From contig JANOSY010000056.1 in assembly GCA_031416075.1 (NCBI GenBank), positions 9,872 through 73,871 of the forward strand: 64,000 nt of DNA, read 5' to 3'. Shown piece after piece: positions 61,998 through 64,000 of this stretch. The notes beneath the pieces were generated by a model, which was not told the DNA's origin, did no database searches, and saw only the letters and a program-made list of their open reading frames with translations. The stretch is from Candidatus Tenderia sp. GTDB lineage: Bacteria > Pseudomonadota > Gammaproteobacteria > Tenderiales > Tenderiaceae. Position 1 is the stretch's first letter; every line of letters starts with the position of its first letter. Both the position numbers and the translations under genes were made by a program.

Positions 61998-63031
61998 TGA
62001 GTGCATTAACGTATGAAAACCAGGCGTTACAATGGCGGCCCGGTAGCAGCAGTGATCGCAAATTTTCCACCATAATCGCACTGGTCATTACCTTTGCGCT
62101 GATATTGAGCCTGCTGTTCTCTATCATCAAAGTGCCGCAGGAACCTCGCCAGTTGCGTGCAGCGGTGCCCGAGCGCATTGCAAAGTTTATTTTAGAAAAA
62201 GAAAAACCAAAACCTCAGCCCAAGCTTGACGTTGCACCGCCACCTAAACCCATGCCCAAACCGGAAATCAAGGTAGAGCCGCCGCCAGAACTAGAGCCGA
62301 TATTAAAATCGGATGATCCAGAGCCTGTCCCGCAGCCCAAGCCGCAAAAACCAGAACGTACAGAAGTGCTCACAGACGCACAACAGAAAGCACGCGCCAC
62401 AGCGCAGAAAAGTGGTTTGTTAGCACTTGGCAACGAATTGTCAGACTTAATGGATACCTCCGACGTCAGCAACATGGCCCGCGCAAAAATATCCACCACT
62501 ACAGGCTCGTCAACCGCCGTAGCAGGTGTCAATACCAGCGTACTTTCTGCTGCTGCTGCAGGAGCGGGCGGTGGTTCGTCCGTCAACATCAAACCCAGTG
62601 ACTATTCAACCGCCGTTGTTTCCACGCAGCTCAATCAGCAGGAGCGGGTAAAAATTGCTTCAGCCCTTGCACCTGAAAAAAATGAGACCACAGCCAATGG
62701 TAAAGCCGCTGACTCTAAAAAACAGAAAACAACGGCAGGCAACGGAGTCCGGTTTGAAGAGGATATCTACTACGTTATTGATCAAAACAAAGGCAAGTTG
62801 CACGCAGTATATCGTCAGGCACGACGTGTTAATCCCGGCCTAAAAGGAAAAATTGTTTTTGATATCACCATCCTTGCCTCGGGCCAGGTCTCAGCGGTTG
62901 TCATCAGGTCCAGCGAACTGGATGATGCAGCACTACAGGAAAGATTGATCTCCCGGCTAAAGAGTTTTGATTTTGGTGTGCGTGAAGGTGGTGAAATGAC
63001 AGTCACCTACCCAATCGAATTCCTACCGTAA
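61997..63031 (+). CDS. TonB/TolA-like energy transducer with AgmX/PglI (GltG)-type C-terminus
   Basis: One N-terminal TM, a Pro/Lys/Glu-rich spacer, and C-terminal YRQARRVNPGLKGKI...SSEL...YPIEF. Confidence 0.85.
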   Translation: MSALTYENQALQWRPGSSSDRKFSTIIALVITFALILSLLFSIIKVPQEPRQLRAAVPERIAKFILEKEKPKPQPKLDVAPPPKPMPKPEIKVEPPPELEPILKSDDPEPVPQPKPQKPERTEVLTDAQQKARATAQKSGLLALGNELSDLMDTSDVSNMARAKISTTTGSSTAVAGVNTSVLSAAAAGAGGGSSVNIKPSDYSTAVVSTQLNQQERVKIASALAPEKNETTANGKAADSKKQKTTAGNGVRFEEDIYYVIDQNKGKLHAVYRQARRVNPGLKGKIVFDITILASGQVSAVVIRSSELDDAALQERLISRLKSFDFGVREGGEMTVTYPIEFLP

Positions 63032-63066
63032 CATGGTGCCCGGCTTATCGAACTGTTGTGGCTTAA

Positions 63067-63200
63067 TGAATCTGTACACCTGAATGGGATAAAATAACCC
63101 ATAAAAATACAAGGTGTATGTCATGACTAAAATGAGACCAACTTACTCGGCTGAATTCCAACATGAAGGTGCAAGCCTGGTGCTAGACGAAGCAGCCTGA
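63067..63200 (+). mobile_element. IS3-family left-end remnant (putative IRL plus about 22 codons of OrfA)
   Basis: TG-initiated putative end, AAGGTG RBS, and ATG 63123 encoding MTKMRPTYSAEFQHEGASLVLD (OrfA-like YSxEF...xLVL). It stops at 63200. Confidence 0.65.
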
Positions 63201-64000
63201 CCGGTGGTAGTGGCACCAATATCTGGAGCATCACGGCGACCAATGCGGGTACGGTAGGTGGGTTGAGCTTTGCTGGATTTAACCGCTTGGTGGGCGGCAG
63301 TGGTCAGGACACCTTCCGTTTGCATAACACCGTTGATTTCAGCGGCAGCATTGATGGCGCGGGTGGGAGCGATACCGTGGTGGGTGGTGATCGTGCTAAT
63401 ACCTGGGTGATTGATGGGGAAGGCAGTGGCACTGTTACTGGATTGGCCAATGGTTATGGTTTTAGCCAGATCGAAAACCTGACCGGTAATGCCGGTGATG
63501 ACAGTTTTCTGTTCACCTCTGCCAACACCAGCATTACGGGCCTGATTGATGGTGCGGGCCATGTTGTAGAAGATAGTGTTGATCTGAGAAATGCGGGCGA
63601 TAAATCCATCGTCATTGGTCAGGGGCTGCTGAATGTTGAGCGTATTACTGCCAACGGCTCCAGCACCTTAACGGGTGGCAGTGGCACAAACAGTTGGCTG
63701 GTGACGGGTATTGATGCAGGCACTGTAGGGGGTTTGAATTTTGCCGGCTTTAACAGGCTGGTTGGCGGTGATGGCCAGGATACCTTCCGGCTGCATAATA
63801 CGATCGATTTTGCCGGTAGCATTGCCGGGGGTGCGGGCAGTGACGTGGTGGTGGGTGGCAATCGGTTTAACAGCTGGAACATCAGCGCTGCCAACGGTGG
63901 CAGTGTGACGGGGTTGCGTGATGGCTTTACCGGGGTTGAGGCGCTGGTGGGTAATGGTGGCCAGGACATTTTTAATCTGCACGATACCACCGATTTTGTC
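63191..64000 (+). pseudogene. 5'-truncated repetitive beta-solenoid adhesin/hemagglutinin-like frame (runs off the window)
   Basis: 270 stop-free codons: SSLTGGSGTNIWSIT...FNRLVGGSGQDTF...IENLTGNAGDDSF. There is an in-frame TGA at 63164 and no ATG before the repeats. Confidence 0.8.

Noticed and set aside
63123-63200. Programmed -1 frameshift from IS OrfA into the adhesin frame
   Set aside because: The frames do differ by -1, but there is no slippery heptamer at the junction, and IS3 frameshift sites lie at the end of OrfA rather than near codon 22.

Overview
This window looks like gammaproteobacterial chromosomal DNA. Positions 1-30.9 kb hold housekeeping and signalling genes: pgi, a PAS-GGDEF-EAL protein, aceE-aceF-(membrane ORF)-lpdA, a PEP-CTERM-type protein, an alkaline-phosphatase-superfamily enzyme, an HDOD protein, argG-ppnP-gloA and a hemerythrin. 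They also hold a REC/PhnD-like/PAS-kinase/REC module, a PhoX-like gene with a Pho-box-like repeat, and a moxR-DUF58-Bat operon interrupted by a frameshifted ketosynthase-like relic. Positions 30.9-64 kb hold a divergent two-operon type VI secretion (T6SS) locus with two tssC genes plus Fha, TagF, PppA and PpkA, and no recognisable hcp, vgrG or PAAR. Each T6SS arm continues into half of a second envelope machine: three TPR/lipoprotein genes plus a small secreted protein after tssH, and exbB-exbD-exbD-tonB-like genes after the kinase. Together these resemble the Myxococcus Agl-Glt core. The right arm ends in an IS3-like stub fused to a headless, repetitive adhesin-like frame that the ORF track misses. 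This T6SS + ion-motor + TPR + adhesin supercluster is the best candidate for an undescribed system. All family calls come from motif recognition by eye; no searches were run.
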